DNA of 64,000 bases from Nitrososphaeria archaeon (GTDB lineage: Archaea > Thermoproteota > Nitrososphaeria > JACIWG01), in contig CAVVXT010000019.1 of assembly GCA_963752255.1 (NCBI GenBank), forward strand, positions 480,001 through 544,000, written 5' to 3'. Position numbers and translations under genes: made by a program. The notes beneath the pieces were generated by a model. The model made no database searches and was not told the DNA's origin. It worked only from the letters and a program-made list of their open reading frames with translations. Within the stretch, counting starts at the first letter, position 1, and each line of letters begins with the position of its first letter. Shown here in pieces: positions 1-10,028 of the stretch.

Positions 1-945
1 AGGAACTTCATCACCATAGGTGCGGCTGTTCAAGCCGTTGTTTCATTGGCCTACCCGTTTTGCGGTAACATTTCGCAGCTAATTCCCCTTAGGATAGCCC
101 AGAGTTTGGGTCTAGCTCTCTTCTGGCCTGCAATAGAGGCCATGATCGTTGAGAGCGCTCAGAAAAATAAGGTGGATCGGGCTTTGGTGGGATACAATGT
201 CTCCTGGGGAGCAGCTAGTATGGTAGGCTCACCGTTTGCGGGTTTTCTGATAACCGCCTTCTTTCTGACCCTCCCCTTCTACGTCTCCTCAGCCCTCGCC
301 CTTCTGGTCTCGGTGATGCTTTTGGTTCTACGGAAGAGAACTGGTGATGACCCGCCACCGATGCAGTCGAAGGTGGACGTCGCCACGGATAGGCCGAGTC
401 GCTTTGTGCTGTTCCTGCCTATGGTCGCCGCCTTCGGCTACTCCTTCAACAGCGGAATCGTGAACACCCTCTTCCCAGTGTCCGCAACTCGTCTAAGTGT
501 TCCCGCCTTCCAGATCGGCCTCCTATTCTTCCTCTCGAGCCTAGTTCAGACCCTTGTCTTCATCTTTTCGGGGAAACTGATCCGGAGATTCGGGAAGACG
601 TCCTTCCTGATTGGCGCGGCAGCCTTCACCGTCTCCTTTGCCCTTATGGCGTTTGCTAAGGATGCCTTGGCCTTTGCACCATCTTTTATGGGATTGGGAC
701 TGGGGCAGGGAATCCTCTACTCTTCATCACTCTATTACCTGATGACGGAGAGCGAGAAGAACAGGGGTCAGGTAACCGGAAACTTTGAAAGCACCCTCGG
801 CTTGGCCTCTTTCCTAGGCCCTTTTGTGGGCGGAGTGGTCGCTCAGTTCGGCCCTTCATACCCTTATGTGGCTGGAGCCGTAGTGAGTTTTATTATCCTA
901 GTTGTGCAGATATTCTTCAGGATGAGGCCCTTAGGAAAGGGTTAG
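1..945 (+). CDS. MFS transporter (5' end probably outside the window)
   Basis: Many hydrophobic helices in two halves; motif-A-like GKLIRRFGK loop; the frame is open back to position 1. Confidence 0.85.
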   Translation, partial: RNFITIGAAVQAVVSLAYPFCGNISQLIPLRIAQSLGLALFWPAIEAMIVESAQKNKVDRALVGYNVSWGAASMVGSPFAGFLITAFFLTLPFYVSSALALLVSVMLLVLRKRTGDDPPPMQSKVDVATDRPSRFVLFLPMVAAFGYSFNSGIVNTLFPVSATRLSVPAFQIGLLFFLSSLVQTLVFIFSGKLIRRFGKTSFLIGAAAFTVSFALMAFAKDALAFAPSFMGLGLGQGILYSSSLYYLMTESEKNRGQVTGNFESTLGLASFLGPFVGGVVAQFGPSYPYVAGAVVSFIILVVQIFFRMRPLGKG

Positions 946-1027
946 GATAAATGGAAAATATATTGTTGGCAAAGAAAATTCATATATGCTTACCAATATT
1001 AAGTAGATACAAGTTCAGGCAAGCAAA

Positions 1028-1067
1028 TGGACCTGGGGGGACTTATACCCAAAAGGGTTTAAGTCCT
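1028..1067. other. att-like palindromic site (12-6-12) overlapping a degenerate tRNA 3' end (minus strand)
   Basis: gggacttatacc-caaaag-ggtttaagtcct; the minus strand continues ...ccccc caggtcc a; aligns without gaps to 10075-10114. Confidence 0.55.
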
Positions 1068-1121
1068 ATATTAAATTACATGCCCGCTGGTCAACGTGGA
1101 TTACACAATGCTGGCAACCTA

Positions 1122-1925
1122 CTATGTTCCTGACTTTTCCTTCTTCAGCCAAGACACTATTCTGTCTGCCAACTGATTTCTGACATTCTTAAATGAGTGG
1201 TCTGTGTCAAAGATTTCTATTTGAACTTGCTTAGCTCCATGCCTCTGCAAGGCTCTGAAGAGAGGCAATATGTGATGTTCTATGGTGTTCTCTTGGTCAC
1301 GCCACCCACCGATTATAAGAATATCCTTGCAAGATAGTGCCTGAGCATGTTTGACCAAATCGTATTTGTCCATGTCTGCAAATACTTCAGCAAACAATTC
1401 TTCAGCTTTCGAAGCTCTGAAACCTGAATCGGATATGCCTTGGTCTACCATCTTCAAAACCGCTCGCCTAAACTCATCACTCTCTTGCATCATCCTTCCC
1501 ACTTCGCTTAGGTTGCCTCCAGCAATGTAAACCACTCTTCTCACGGCGGCATCATTCAATGAGCCTAATAGAGCCATTCCGCCACCAAAACTATATCCAA
1601 TGATTGTAATACTTGAGGGGTCAACATCAAACTCTCGAACAGCAACGCTGGAAGTCGCATAGCATATAGCTGAGATTACATCCTCCAGGGAGTTAGCAGT
1701 TGTATGTAGTCCTTCGCTTCCCCACGTGCCTCGGTAGTTGAAGGCAAGAGCATTAAAACCTTTTTTCACCAATCTCTTGCCAAGTCCAAGCACGTCTGCG
1801 TTGTTTCCTGGAAAACCATGACAGAGGACAACTGTTGGCAACGGTCCTACTCCAGAGGCTTTGTAGAAGAACCCATAAATATTCGTGCCTTTACCCTCAA
1901 ATACAACTGGAACTGGCTTAATCAT
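1122..1925 (-). CDS. alpha/beta hydrolase
   Basis: CHGFPG oxyanion motif, GYSFGG nucleophile elbow, C-terminal TDH His. Confidence 0.85.
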   Translation of the reverse strand: MIKPVPVVFEGKGTNIYGFFYKASGVGPLPTVVLCHGFPGNNADVLGLGKRLVKKGFNALAFNYRGTWGSEGLHTTANSLEDVISAICYATSSVAVREFDVDPSSITIIGYSFGGGMALLGSLNDAAVRRVVYIAGGNLSEVGRMMQESDEFRRAVLKMVDQGISDSGFRASKAEELFAEVFADMDKYDLVKHAQALSCKDILIIGGWRDQENTIEHHILPLFRALQRHGAKQVQIEIFDTDHSFKNVRNQLADRIVSWLKKEKSGT

Positions 1926-1998
1926 CTGCCATCACACAACTATATCCAACACAAAGAGATAAATACAGGGAGGTGACAATAATCACAAGTGAATTATA

Positions 1999-2274
1999 AT
2001 GCCTAAGTTCTTAGCCGTTCACCCGTTCCCAAAACCTGTACCCGTTAAAGAAGGCACTCCTTTAGCAAAGAAAGTTAAGGCCAACTCTACACTTGATGCC
2101 TACTGGGTAAGAAGCTGGGCCCAACTAAATGAAAAGGGCGATGTAGTCAAGCTATTCTGTGAATGGAACGCCAAAGATATGGCTGCTATCCACAAAGTGA
2201 TTGCCAAGATTCCAGAGCTGCCTACAGAAGGCGTCTATCCATTAGCGATATTAGACTGCGAAGATTACAGGTAA
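1999..2274 (+). CDS. DUF4242-like small ferredoxin-fold protein
   Basis: MPKFLAVH start; WVRSW and KLFCEWNA motifs; GGAGGTGA RBS upstream; T-tract downstream. Confidence 0.7.
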   Translation: MPKFLAVHPFPKPVPVKEGTPLAKKVKANSTLDAYWVRSWAQLNEKGDVVKLFCEWNAKDMAAIHKVIAKIPELPTEGVYPLAILDCEDYR

Positions 2275-2290
2275 ATTTAAAAACTCCCCC

Positions 2291-2303
2291 TCTTTTTTTT
2301 CTT
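2291..2303 (+). terminator. oligo-T archaeal terminator
   Basis: tcttttttttctt just after the stop at 2274. Confidence 0.45.
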
Positions 2304-2638
2304 CGTATAAAGTTTTTGTGTCAATATATGTTTTTTTCTTTTTTTGAGTAGTGAGAGGGTATTAACACAAATATTTGGGCTCAAACACTACTTAAACAAA
2401 CATTAAATCTCTATTTAACTGGTGAATAAGGGCTCCTTTATATAGTAGGACTCCATCTTATATTCGATAGCGATGCGTCTTAGTAGATTTGTTACTAACA
2501 TGGAAGGATATCTGATTAAGAGCAAAGGCTATCAAAGCCGACTTCTAAATTTCAGAAACAGCTAACTAATCTTAATCTGGTCCACGATATTCATGTGAAT
2601 TAAAGTTGTTTTAACTAATATTTGTCATCTTTGGTACA

Positions 2639-2914
2639 ATGACCATCACTTTTTTAATTGGAGTAATTAATCCGGTAGCAAGCGTTTTTGCTGAGTTCGC
2701 CATTATGATGCTCTTATTTCCCTGCATATTTCGACGCAATGAATTAAGGGCAGATATGGAAGGAGCAAAAGCCTTTACTCCAGAGGCTCTAATCGCAGTC
2801 TTTGAAAGTCTAAAAAACATGTACAGAAAAGATGAAGGCTCAGACACTCATCCACCTCTACAAGAGAGAATCAACCGATTAATGCACCTTTTAGACTCAG
2901 ATAATCGAAGCTAA
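2639..2914 (+). pseudogene. C-terminal fragment of an M48/HtpX-family metalloprotease
   Basis: ELRAD and THPPLQERI motifs present; no HExxH; upstream in-frame stop. Confidence 0.7.
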
Positions 2915-3176
2915 TATAATTATGTAACAATAACAGAAGGTGGGAATCCTGTTATAATAACTCCAACTCAGGCAGACAGGTGGTTTAAACCCTCTTTAAA
3001 CCCTTAACCAGCACTATTCTGCAGTTAACACCCTGGTGCCGAGGCCTTAAACTGGTTTAGGTAATACCAACAATCAAGCTGGCTCAGTTATTTAGATGTC
3101 TCACGACAAGTCTTGATTCATTCGAAATAGTTAACCTTTTAAATGCAAACAAAGTATTTACAAATAGGTAAGCGCT

Positions 3177-3731
3177 ATGGATTTATTCGAAGTCATTGAT
3201 AAAAGAAGGAGCATACGCAAGTTCAAGAATGAACCTGTAGCTACAGAGCATTTGAGAAAGATTTTGGAAGCTGGACGTTTAGCACCATCAGGTGGCAACC
3301 GTCAACCATGGTATTTCATAGCAGTCAGAGATTTAGAGACAAAGAAGGCGGTATCAGCTTCAAGCAAGTCGGAGAGGAATCAAAAGCTCCTTTCCAGTGC
3401 AGATACGATAATTGTATTGGTAAGTAACCCAGAATTGGAGAAAGAACATAGGTCTCCGTTTGTTTGCTCAGAAAGATCTTGGTACAAACAGGATCCGATG
3501 TTAGCTGGAGAACATATGGTTCTAGCTGCGACTGCACTTGGGTATGGGACGTGTTGGATCGCAGGTTTTAATGATTTTGAAGTTAAGAAGATTTTAAAGA
3601 TTCCTGAAAATCTAGCAGTTATCGCGCTAATTGCCATTGGTATCTCAAATGAGAGCCCACCCCCAAGAGCTTTAAAAGCATTCAAGGAAACTTTCTTTAA
3701 AGACTCCTTTGGAATCCCATTAGAACTATAA
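3177..3731 (+). CDS. nitroreductase family protein
   Basis: RRSIRKF, APSGGNRQPW, LAATALGYGTCWI. Confidence 0.92.
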   Translation: MDLFEVIDKRRSIRKFKNEPVATEHLRKILEAGRLAPSGGNRQPWYFIAVRDLETKKAVSASSKSERNQKLLSSADTIIVLVSNPELEKEHRSPFVCSERSWYKQDPMLAGEHMVLAATALGYGTCWIAGFNDFEVKKILKIPENLAVIALIAIGISNESPPPRALKAFKETFFKDSFGIPLEL

Positions 3732-3759
3732 TTGGAAAATTATCATAGGTTCTTTATTC

Positions 3760-3957
3760 TTAATGTGTTGGCAGCCTTATTATGGCTTCATCCGTTGGCA
3801 GTTCTCTCACGTATTCCCACCCCTGCAGTATCCAGTTTCTAACCTCATTAGTAGGAACAATTTTTTGACGAGAATTGCCATTTAGTCCGAGTGCCTGCAT
3901 TGATTTCTTGTTGAATAGTTCTTGTAACTGCTTTGGTGAAAACTTCCATATTCGCAC
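3760..3957 (-). pseudogene. C-terminal remnant of an archaeal tyrosine integrase
   Basis: NGNSRQKIVPTNEVRNWILQGWEYVRELPTDEAIIRLP matches the tail of the integrase at 46028-47302 (NNGAKQKIVEVKELDTYLGSGWEFQAVLPDDKAIVKLP). Confidence 0.75.
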
Positions 3958-4062
3958 CCTTCAAAGTTCAAAGGAGAATTAACCTTGAGGACATAAATTC
4001 TGCTTTCAGGCATATTAACTCGTTTCAGTAATAACTTTTCCATATACCAAATTTAGGGTTTA

Positions 4063-5157
4063 TTAGACAGTCTGGAAGAGAAGTCTGTTAAAGATCCTTA
4101 AGATGTCTTCTTTGGGCGCCACCATATTCTGAAGCATAGTAACTATCTGGAGACCGTGGGGACATCTTTCCTCACACCTTCCGCAGCCGTCGCATGACCT
4201 TATTTGGGATATCTCTTCTTCAATTGTAGCTATAGAGTTGCTCATTCTTTCCCGAGACCATGGGAACTGCTCGAATGCTTGTGGCCCCATCGTTCGATAG
4301 TGATCGAATATTACATCTGAACCTAAGAGGCTGGCTATTGGAATCTTCTTGGGGCACGGTTCACATTCAGTGCACATTCGGCATCGCACTTGATCTAAAC
4401 TCTCAGCCAGCTGATCCACTTGCCTCTTCTCTTCTGTAGTAAGGGAAATGTCTTGCATACGATTTAACATAAAATCCTCCTCCGCCTCTTCCAACGTCGT
4501 TACACCAGGTACTACAGTGGATACTGGTTGGTTGATAAGCCACTTCAGCGCCAAACTCGCAGGAAGCAGACCTGTTGCCAGCGGCTTCATGATGGTCACC
4601 GCTATACCTCTGCTGTTGCAGAGTGGGATAAGCTCCTTCAGAGGTTCCCTCTCTACTACGTTCATGGGCACCAGAATTATGTCGAAATCAAAGCGGTTGA
4701 TCGCTTCTATGAGCACATCGCTTCTGTGGCTCGTGCACCCTATGTACCTTATCAGGCCCTTATCGCAAGCTTCTACAAGGGCTTCCAAAGCTCCACCTGA
4801 ACCAAGACGTTTCCCAAGATCTTCGATATTCCTTACACCGTGGAGGTGGTAGTTATCTATGTAGCCCGTATGCAGACGTTCGAGCGACTCCCTGATCTCC
4901 CTTCCAGCATCCTCCTTCGTCTTGGCTGTGGTCTTAGTTGAGAGGAACACTTTGTCACGGTTCCCTGCGAGGGCGATGCCTAACTTGATTTCACTATCCC
5001 AATAGGATCTCGCTACGTCGATGTAGTTTACGCCCAGTTCAAGGGCTCTGAGAATTATCCTGACCCCATAGCCTGTTTCAGACGAGCCTATCGGAACACA
5101 TCCAAGGCCTAAAGCTGAGACGTCAAACCCTGTTCTGCCTAACCTCCGATATTGCAT
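4063..5157 (-). CDS. aldo/keto reductase with C-terminal Fe-S domain
   Basis: YRRLGRTG, GVNYIDVARSY, LSTK; CxxCxxCxxCP and CxxCxxCxxxCP clusters. Confidence 0.9.
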   Translation of the reverse strand: MQYRRLGRTGFDVSALGLGCVPIGSSETGYGVRIILRALELGVNYIDVARSYWDSEIKLGIALAGNRDKVFLSTKTTAKTKEDAGREIRESLERLHTGYIDNYHLHGVRNIEDLGKRLGSGGALEALVEACDKGLIRYIGCTSHRSDVLIEAINRFDFDIILVPMNVVEREPLKELIPLCNSRGIAVTIMKPLATGLLPASLALKWLINQPVSTVVPGVTTLEEAEEDFMLNRMQDISLTTEEKRQVDQLAESLDQVRCRMCTECEPCPKKIPIASLLGSDVIFDHYRTMGPQAFEQFPWSRERMSNSIATIEEEISQIRSCDGCGRCEERCPHGLQIVTMLQNMVAPKEDILRIFNRLLFQTV

Positions 5158-5352
5158 TATGGTCCTTATGACAGCGTTGCAGAAATATAAACACTTTGAA
5201 GACCAACTTTAAATTTGATACAAATGACTTCTTCAGAAAACGCCTACGATAGGTCAGCTTCTACAACATCTTTTCTCAGTTTTCGATCGACTTCAGTTAT
5301 AGAAAGACCTATATCCACACCCCTTCTTCGGACACCATTTGAGGTTACTTTT

Positions 5353-6312
5353 GTGGAACCTGCGATAGAAACTATCGGCCTCTCGAAAAATTACGGTTCT
5401 CTCACAGCCGTGAACAAGCTGAATTTGAAAGTCGAGAGAAACACGATTCATGGTTTCTTGGGCCCTAATGGTGCAGGGAAAACAACCACGATAAAGATGC
5501 TCGTTGGCCTCTTGAAGCCTGACGGAGGTACCGCCAAGGTGTTAGGGCAGGAGGTCCGAGGCGATAACCCTGCTGCAAGGATGAAGATGGGCTACATGCC
5601 AGAGCTACCCAGGTTCCCCAAACACCTGAAAGGATTTGAGCTCCTCGACATCTATGGTAGGATGTACGGAATGCCCGAGCATGAACGCAGGGAGCAGATA
5701 CCAAAGCTTTTGGATATGGTGGGCCTCAAGGGGAGAGAGAAAGACCTCATCGGAAAATACAGCAAGGGTATGCAGCAGCGCATAGGGATCGCGCAGGCGC
5801 TCCTTGGCCATCCTGAACTCGTGATTTTGGATGAGCCCAGCCTTGGTCTAGATCCTGTTGGCATGATCGAGGTAAGGGAGCTGATGAAGGAGATCGCAAG
5901 AGAGGGGAGGACAGTGTTCGTGTCATCGCATCTTTTATTTGAGGTCGAACAGATCTGCGATTATGTCACAATAATTCATCAAGGGAACCTTCTTGTTTCA
6001 GATTCTCTTCAAAACGTCTTGGGCATGCTTCACGGACGCACGGCATTGCAAATCGAGGTGGTCAACCTCACAGATGCTATGATCGAGGGTGTGAGGAGCC
6101 TTCCGTTTGTCTCCAATGTCACCAAGACAGAAAATGCTCTTACAATTGAATTGAGTACTGGTGATGATGTGCGGGCCCAAATTTCGCAGGAGGTCACCAA
6201 GCGCGGAGGAGTCATCGTCTCCATGAGCATGAAAGGGCACAACTTGGAAGATGTCTTTGTTCAGTTGGTTGCGAAATCTGATAGCAAAGCGGAAGGAGGG
6301 GTTGTAAAGTAA
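5353..6312 (+). CDS. ABC-2 type transporter ATP-binding protein
   Basis: GPNGAGKTT, YSKGMQQR, ILDEP, SSH; GTG start at 5353 preceded by GAGGT (the ORF track starts at 5215). Confidence 0.92.
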   Translation: MEPAIETIGLSKNYGSLTAVNKLNLKVERNTIHGFLGPNGAGKTTTIKMLVGLLKPDGGTAKVLGQEVRGDNPAARMKMGYMPELPRFPKHLKGFELLDIYGRMYGMPEHERREQIPKLLDMVGLKGREKDLIGKYSKGMQQRIGIAQALLGHPELVILDEPSLGLDPVGMIEVRELMKEIAREGRTVFVSSHLLFEVEQICDYVTIIHQGNLLVSDSLQNVLGMLHGRTALQIEVVNLTDAMIEGVRSLPFVSNVTKTENALTIELSTGDDVRAQISQEVTKRGGVIVSMSMKGHNLEDVFVQLVAKSDSKAEGGVVK

Positions 6313-7281
6313 TTGAGCGCAGAAACTGAAACAAGAAAAATGAAGGCCAACAGTGCTTTGCGTTTCTGGGCAATCGTAAGGTACGAAATACTCTGGAACA
6401 TACGAAAGAAAAAAGTACTTGGTATGGTCTTGTTCGCGCTGGTTTTCTCGATTATTCCGCTCGCACTCGCTCCAGCTTTGATTAGCATCGTTGGTCAAAC
6501 TCTGACGAAGAACCCTGACTACGTTGCGACCTCCGGTGGAATCAGCGGGCTCATCATGTTCCTCTTTGGTCTGGTTGCTGTAATGAACAGCATTTCCGGG
6601 GAATTTGAGAGCGGGACGATAGTGCCTCTGTTGACCAAGCCTGTGTCAAGGACTATGGTGTTTCTGGGAAAGGTCTCGGCGGCGATCCTGACACTGATTC
6701 CTGTGTACATCCTGCTCTACGTCATACAAATCGTTGGAGGAATCATTGTTTATGGACCGCAGAACAATCTCTACCTCGCTTCTCTTTCCTTCCTCGGCAA
6801 CATCATCAGCACGCTGGTCTGGATGGCGATTGTGCTCGCGATAGGATCTGTCACAAAGAGTTCTCTTTTTGCTGCGCTAGGACCTTTTGTGATCTACATT
6901 GCCATATCCATCAGCGCGGGAATCTTCGCTGTTTTCTCAGGGCAGGCATGGGTTCTAACCTACATACCCGGGGGCGGGAATGCAGGATATGTTGCCAGCA
7001 CTGCGAATGCTTCCGTAAGTCTGTCAACGACATCTGCATCAACTGGGACAGATGGGATTGCCGCTGCTCTGGTGAAGTACGTGCTTCATCCTTCGTATTA
7101 CGTGCTATTTGTAAAGATTAGCGGTATTAGCAGTTCGGTAACGGCTCCCACCTTAACTGTCACTTCAACCGAACCGCTCTTGGAGGTGTTGCTCACAGCC
7201 ATAGGAGTCGCATTTGCTTACATCATTGCCTTTCTCCTCATCGCTTGGTTTGCATTCAGACGGGCTCAAATCTCTGAGTGA
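6313..7281 (+). CDS. ABC-2 transporter permease
   Basis: ISGEFESGTIVPLLTKPVSR...GK motif; about 6 TM helices; coupled to the ATPase gene. Confidence 0.9.
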   Translation: MSAETETRKMKANSALRFWAIVRYEILWNIRKKKVLGMVLFALVFSIIPLALAPALISIVGQTLTKNPDYVATSGGISGLIMFLFGLVAVMNSISGEFESGTIVPLLTKPVSRTMVFLGKVSAAILTLIPVYILLYVIQIVGGIIVYGPQNNLYLASLSFLGNIISTLVWMAIVLAIGSVTKSSLFAALGPFVIYIAISISAGIFAVFSGQAWVLTYIPGGGNAGYVASTANASVSLSTTSASTGTDGIAAALVKYVLHPSYYVLFVKISGISSSVTAPTLTVTSTEPLLEVLLTAIGVAFAYIIAFLLIAWFAFRRAQISE

Positions 7282-7573
7282 AGTCGATAACTGCGATATC
7301 CGACGCCGAGGTCAGGCAGAAAATTAAAAAGGAACATGAATCTTAAGAATTGATAGAAGACATTTTAAAGAAGATGAAGATATAACACAGTATAATTGAT
7401 AGCAATCACGGCAAAATGCTCTTAGTTATATTGTTCTGTAGAATAAGCCTTGTAATTGTAGGATTAGGGTTAAGTTCTGGAGTTGAAAAGATATTAGCAA
7501 CATTTGAGAAGACCAATATTTGGCAGAAAAGTTATAGTAGAACCATTTCTATTATATTAGATGGGGACACTAA

Positions 7574-8110
7574 TTGCTTGAAGGAAAAAATGTGAATTTG
7601 AGGCTTATGGAGAAAGAGGATTTGCCACTATTTGCGGAATGGTTTAACAAGCCTGAAGTCTTTGGTGAATACAATCCTTTTCATCAGATATCCAGAACAG
7701 AAGCAGAGAAGATGCTCGATACCCCTCACGAACTGAAGCCTTTCATAATAGAAAAGAAAGATGGAAGCAAAATCGGTTTTATAGCTTATTTTTACGTCCT
7801 ACATCCTGCAGGCAGGCAACTGGAAATCGGCTATTCTTTGGTGCCGAGTGAGAGGGGAAAGGGCTACTGCACTGAAGCCTCAGAGATTATGGTGGATTTC
7901 CTGTTTCTCTCTAAAGACACAATGCGTATTCAAGCCTTAACTGATTTGAGAAACGTAGCCTCTCAGAAAGTCTTAGAAAAAGTTGGGTTTAAGAAGGAAG
8001 GAACACTTCGTAAAAACTTCTTCATGAGAGGAGAATGGAGAGATGCGTATCTCTATAGTATCCTTAAGGAAGAATGGAAAGAACCTAAGATACTGACAAA
8101 GACGACTTGA
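7574..8110 (+). CDS. GNAT acetyltransferase, RimJ/RimL family
   Basis: EIGY, RGKGYCTEA, NVASQKVLEKVGFKKEG. Confidence 0.92.
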   Translation: MLEGKNVNLRLMEKEDLPLFAEWFNKPEVFGEYNPFHQISRTEAEKMLDTPHELKPFIIEKKDGSKIGFIAYFYVLHPAGRQLEIGYSLVPSERGKGYCTEASEIMVDFLFLSKDTMRIQALTDLRNVASQKVLEKVGFKKEGTLRKNFFMRGEWRDAYLYSILKEEWKEPKILTKTT

Positions 8111-8112
8111 AA

Positions 8113-8126
8113 ATATAAGATATGGG
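8113..8126 (+). repeat. 14-bp target-site duplication, left copy
   Basis: atataagatatggg, identical to 10065-10078. Confidence 0.85.
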
Positions 8127-8162
8127 GGGGTTATATACAGGTCTCTAAAATTTTGACCCTTT
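8127..8162 (+). repeat. left terminal inverted repeat
   Basis: ggggttatatacaggtctctaaaattttgacccttt; 29/36 identical to the reverse complement of 10029-10064. Confidence 0.8.
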
Positions 8163-8357
8163 TACTCAGCATCTGGCCTGAAAAATGTTAGCTAACTTTG
8201 AAAATCTGATTCAAACCTAAGTAAATATATCTTTTTATATAAATGATACAGTATTTTTAAAGTAAAACTGCAATAACTATTTTCCTTGTTTGATTTTGAT
8301 TAGACATGAACAAATGTATATAACTGAAGTGTTTAATTATAAGAGGACAAGAGAATA

Positions 8358-9614
8358 TTGAGCAAGAAAAAACCTGTTAAGAAAAAGATTGAAAAGAAAG
8401 TAGAGAAAAAAGTAGTCGTTCCGAAGATTGCGGCGACGCGAAAAGATGCTATCATTGGCAGCGTTCACGAGAAAATAAAGGCGTTCAAAGCTGCTCCTGC
8501 TCCCGCTGTTAAAGAAGGCGTCAAGAACGTGAAGCACTGGTTAGAACAGCAGCCTGAGGTTGAGTCTGTGGCCCTGATAGGCGATTCAGATATGACGGTG
8601 AAGTTCAAGGACGGCACTCAAGTCGGCGTGATGATGAATCGCAAGAACCTTTTCGGCGGAGGTGGCGGAAGTGGAGCATCAAAGGTAGCCCCTTCAGCTG
8701 TTCATATGCGAACCTTGAGTACCCAGCTTGACCCGCACCCGATTTCCAACAAAGCATGCGTTATAGACACCTTGTACGATGATTGGCCGGGCACAGCCAC
8801 TCCAGACACCATTGTGAGCACACTAAAGAACGCGGGCTACGAAGTGGATTTGATTAAGAACAACAATGCGAACCTGAAGTTTTACTCAAACCTAGACGAG
8901 AAAGAATACGGCATAGTCTTCATAATGGCTCATGGCGGCATGATGAACGTCAGCGGAGACAGCAAACTGCACATAATGGCAAGGCCATTTTTCACGAGCT
9001 TCCCACCTTCATCAGGTTATACAGGCGTCGGAGTATTCACGGTTGACACAAACTGCACAGCGCAAGGCTGGGCCTACGTATATGCCTTCAACAACTTGTT
9101 TGTAAGCCAGTACATGAACAAGAGATACTTCCCGAACAGTCTCATTCACTTACTAGTTTGCGAAGGCGCAAATCCCGATGCTCAAAACGATATGATTCAA
9201 ACGTTTCTCGACCGAGGCGTTGGCTGCTACACTGGGTGGACCAAGGACGCAAGCGGCACGCATGGGAGTCCAGCGGCGGTTCAGTTTTTCCAGGTGCTGT
9301 GCGATTCCGTAGCTAGCCCAACCAACACGGTGACCGACGCGATTTCGAAGATCACCGCCTCAGGGCATTCTCCCGATCCAGGCACTGGCGCTTCGCTGGT
9401 CGCATATGGACTAAGCAACATGCAGATTATTCACTGCAGCATAGTGAAAGAAGCCTCGCACATTGTGATTCAGGATTCGAGCGGAAAAACCATCAAGAAA
9501 GGCTTCCATGACATACTGGACGCCATGGAGTACTCGGAAAACCAGATAAACGCGGGCAAACATGCTTCACTGAAGATAACTGAGACAGTTGGACTTAAGA
9601 AGATTCAGTGGTAA
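8358..9614 (+). CDS. hypothetical protein; putative clan CD (caspase/CHAT/gingipain-like) cysteine peptidase with Lys-rich N-terminus
   Basis: VFIMAHGG (His-Gly) and IHLLVCEG (Cys), each after a hydrophobic strand; GVGCYTGW strand; Gly-rich linker. Confidence 0.6.
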   Translation: MSKKKPVKKKIEKKVEKKVVVPKIAATRKDAIIGSVHEKIKAFKAAPAPAVKEGVKNVKHWLEQQPEVESVALIGDSDMTVKFKDGTQVGVMMNRKNLFGGGGGSGASKVAPSAVHMRTLSTQLDPHPISNKACVIDTLYDDWPGTATPDTIVSTLKNAGYEVDLIKNNNANLKFYSNLDEKEYGIVFIMAHGGMMNVSGDSKLHIMARPFFTSFPPSSGYTGVGVFTVDTNCTAQGWAYVYAFNNLFVSQYMNKRYFPNSLIHLLVCEGANPDAQNDMIQTFLDRGVGCYTGWTKDASGTHGSPAAVQFFQVLCDSVASPTNTVTDAISKITASGHSPDPGTGASLVAYGLSNMQIIHCSIVKEASHIVIQDSSGKTIKKGFHDILDAMEYSENQINAGKHASLKITETVGLKKIQW

Positions 9615-9699
9615 CCAGACAAGCTCTACTAAAAACTCATTTTTTTTCTATATTAAATTCAGGTAAAATGAAATTACTCTTTTGGATATGCTCCATTAC

Positions 9700-9930
9700 G
9701 TCCTGAAACTAGTGTATCTGACAGGTCTAACGGGTGAGGAATACACCATTTATGAGGATATGAGAAAAATCGTTCAATGGATGTTCACACTTAAACCAAA
9801 GGATGTTAGAAAATATGGAATATCGAAGCAGACATTATCAAACACAAACTGAATTCTGAGTGCAAATATATTACAAGACCTCTCAAGATAATAAGGGATG
9901 TACATATTTCAAGCTCTGAAAGAAAAGGTC
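9700..9930 (+). pseudogene. degraded fragment resembling the C-terminal HTH tail of casposon family-B DNA polymerases
   Basis: Frame from 9721 reads TGLTGEEYTIYEDMRKIVQWMFTLKPKDVRKYGISKQTLSNTN* with further stops; similarity recalled, not searched. Confidence 0.5.
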
Positions 9931-10028
9931 TTTCACAAACAAGTGACCAAAGTTAGAGACAATGAAAAGAGGTCAACTATAAGAAAATTTTTATTTTACA
10001 AAAAAGTTGCTTTCTGATGCCAGTATTT

